NCBI GenBank assembly: GCA_016182295.1 | Contig: JACOXP010000009.1 | Coordinates: 1 to 38,084 of the forward strand | Length of the DNA stretch: 38,084 bases | Direction of reading: 5' to 3' | Origin: Candidatus Harrisonbacteria bacterium | GTDB taxonomy: Bacteria; Patescibacteriota; Minisyncoccia; UBA6257; WO2-44-18 | Shown: positions 37,660 through 38,084 of the stretch, piece by piece | Position numbering within the stretch: the stretch's first letter is position 1 | Layout of the letters: every line of letters begins with the position of its first letter | Notes under the pieces: generated by a model | What the model was told of the DNA's origin: nothing | What the model saw: the letters and a program-made list of their open reading frames with translations, nothing else | Database searches by the model: none | Position numbers and translations under genes: made by a program

Positions 37660-37878
37660 ATGATTAAACCCTTTGTTTTGTTATCTTTTTCTTGGCTTCT
37701 AACAAGTCTGGCGTTCATCGGTGTCGGCATTTATCGAACAATAGCGCTTGATACTTACGGATTCATAATATGGGGCCTTATCATGTTGGCCATGTATAAA
37801 GTATGGATCACACCAGATAATAAAAAATGGACTTACTGTGATTGTTGCACGTGCGAAAAGGATTGCTGTAAAAAGTAA
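37660..37878 (+). CDS. Small 2-TM protein with Cys-rich tail
   Basis: SD GGGAGGTG, two hydrophobic helices and C-terminus CDCCTCEKDCCKK. Confidence 0.75.
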   Translation: MIKPFVLLSFSWLLTSLAFIGVGIYRTIALDTYGFIIWGLIMLAMYKVWITPDNKKWTYCDCCTCEKDCCKK

Positions 37879-37902
37879 CCAATACCACCATTCTCCGCTA
37901 AC

Positions 37903-37924
37903 GGGCCGCCCTGCGGCCTTTTTC
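37903..37924 (+). terminator. Rho-independent terminator preceding site F
   Basis: GGCCGC-CCT-GCGGCC followed by TTTTT. Confidence 0.7.
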
Positions 37925-37929
37925 TTTAC

Positions 37930-37949
37930 TTATCTCCCATGACACTTCT
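37930..37949 (-). repeat. Cassette-boundary site F
   Basis: TTATCTCCCATGACACTTCT. Confidence 0.75.
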
Positions 37950-37972
37950 ATTACTTTTCCTATAAACTATTT

Positions 37973-38028
37973 TGTCAAGGAAATTTCATGGAAATTTCCT
38001 TGACATCTTCATCAATTTAGGCTATACT
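37973..38028 (+). promoter_or_regulatory. sigma70 promoter overlapped by a 15-bp perfect inverted repeat
   Basis: TGTCAAGGAAATTTC-ATG-GAAATTTCCTTGACA; TTGACA(38000)-17-TATACT(38023). Confidence 0.65.
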
Positions 38029-38062
38029 GTTCTCTAGAACATCGCTAGAAATGGAGGCTACT

Positions 38063-38084
38063 ATGGATCGTGCAGAAATGGGGG
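38063..38084 (+). CDS. Start of a CDS running off the window
   Basis: SD GGAGG, then ATG at 38063, downstream of a consensus promoter. Confidence 0.45.

Noticed and set aside
37446-37667. 73-aa ORF spanning sites D and E
   Set aside because: It crosses a terminator, two repeats and a promoter, and has no initiation signal.
35795-37949. CRISPR array or classical integron
   Set aside because: The repeats are in both orientations with irregular 100-800 bp spacing. There are no cas or intI genes and no RYYYAAC/GTTRRRY attC cores.

Overview
This window looks like chromosome from a Patescibacteria (CPR, probably Parcubacteria) bacterium. The basis is gene content and style: alpha2-type GlyRS, DUF4012, a topA-dprA pair, a free-standing LAGLIDADG ORF beside a tRNA, and few Shine-Dalgarno (SD) motifs on core genes. 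Core genes are parB, a long RelA/SpoT, topA, dprA, an RluA-family gene, rplS, htrA, glmS, leuS, tatD, metG, an AI-2E transporter, an M16 peptidase, glyQS and recO, plus five tRNAs (Cys-GCA, Leu-CAA, Ile-GAT, Val-GAC, Leu-GAG). Accessory parts: (1) an ArsR - MerA - fused zwf/gnd - glutathione-reductase-like operon 3' of tRNA-Leu(CAA); (2) a (p)ppGpp trio of RSH, Nudix and small alarmone hydrolase; (3) at 35.8-38.0 kb, small self-contained gene modules bounded by six copies of a TGTCATGGGAG-core site, one of which truncates a relE gene. Item 3 is the best candidate for an undescribed cassette-mobility system. Short palindromic repeats and heptamer tandem repeats are inserted in frame in several enzymes. 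Many core genes look leaderless, while accessory ORFans carry strong SD motifs. All calls come from reading the sequence by eye; no database searches were run.
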